NCBI GenBank assembly: GCA_046597055.1
Contig: JBKJLC010000113.1
Span: 19,684 to 83,683, forward strand
Origin: Kofleriaceae bacterium
GTDB taxonomy: Bacteria; Myxococcota_A; Polyangia; Haliangiales; Haliangiaceae
DNA length: 64,000 bases
Direction of reading: 5' to 3'
The translations under genes were made by a program, and so were the position numbers. The notes beneath the pieces were generated by a model. It did not search any database. It saw nothing but the letters and a program-made list of their open reading frames with translations, and was not told the DNA's origin. Of the stretch, positions 63,964-64,000 are shown piece by piece; the stretch's first letter is position 1; every line of letters begins with the position of its first letter.

Positions 63964-64000
63964 GTGACGGCGACCTACCCGGAGCTCCTGGCCCGGCTGT
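63964..64000 (+). CDS. folC: 5' end of probable folylpolyglutamate synthase
   Basis: VTATYPELLARL resembles FolC N-termini; accD-folC order is common. Only 12 codons visible. Confidence 0.45.
   Translation, partial: MTATYPELLARL

Overview
Very GC-rich (by eye >70%) bacterial chromosomal window, about 56 protein-coding genes, no rRNA/tRNA, CRISPR array or intact mobile element seen. Gene content (Hanks kinases, PrkA, Cys-rich lipoproteins, TSP3-repeat barrel protein, FecR/AgmX-type anti-sigma) points to Myxococcota (inference). It opens inside a nap nitrate reductase cluster with a four-heme NapB, then has two B12-type radical SAM paralogues with a diiron protein, a housekeeping block (hisS, pyrC-like, carA, yitJ, purM/purN, accD, folC start) and many envelope proteins. 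Most notable: (1) about 18 genes have a TANNNT -10 box 5-9 nt before the start codon, suggesting widespread leaderless expression; (2) a glutathione peroxidase has two such in-frame starts, which would give a lipoprotein and a cytoplasmic form; (3) a Ser/Thr kinase is fused to globin, alpha/beta-hydrolase and cyclase domains that have all lost key residues, and it meets a TSP3 gene at a junction where neither gene has a stop; (4) a small Sm/LSm-like protein; (5) several apparent pseudoenzymes; (6) a nested palindromic intergenic element. Most long ORFs in the supplied track are antisense or off-frame shadows caused by high GC. All family calls are by motif recognition, not database search.
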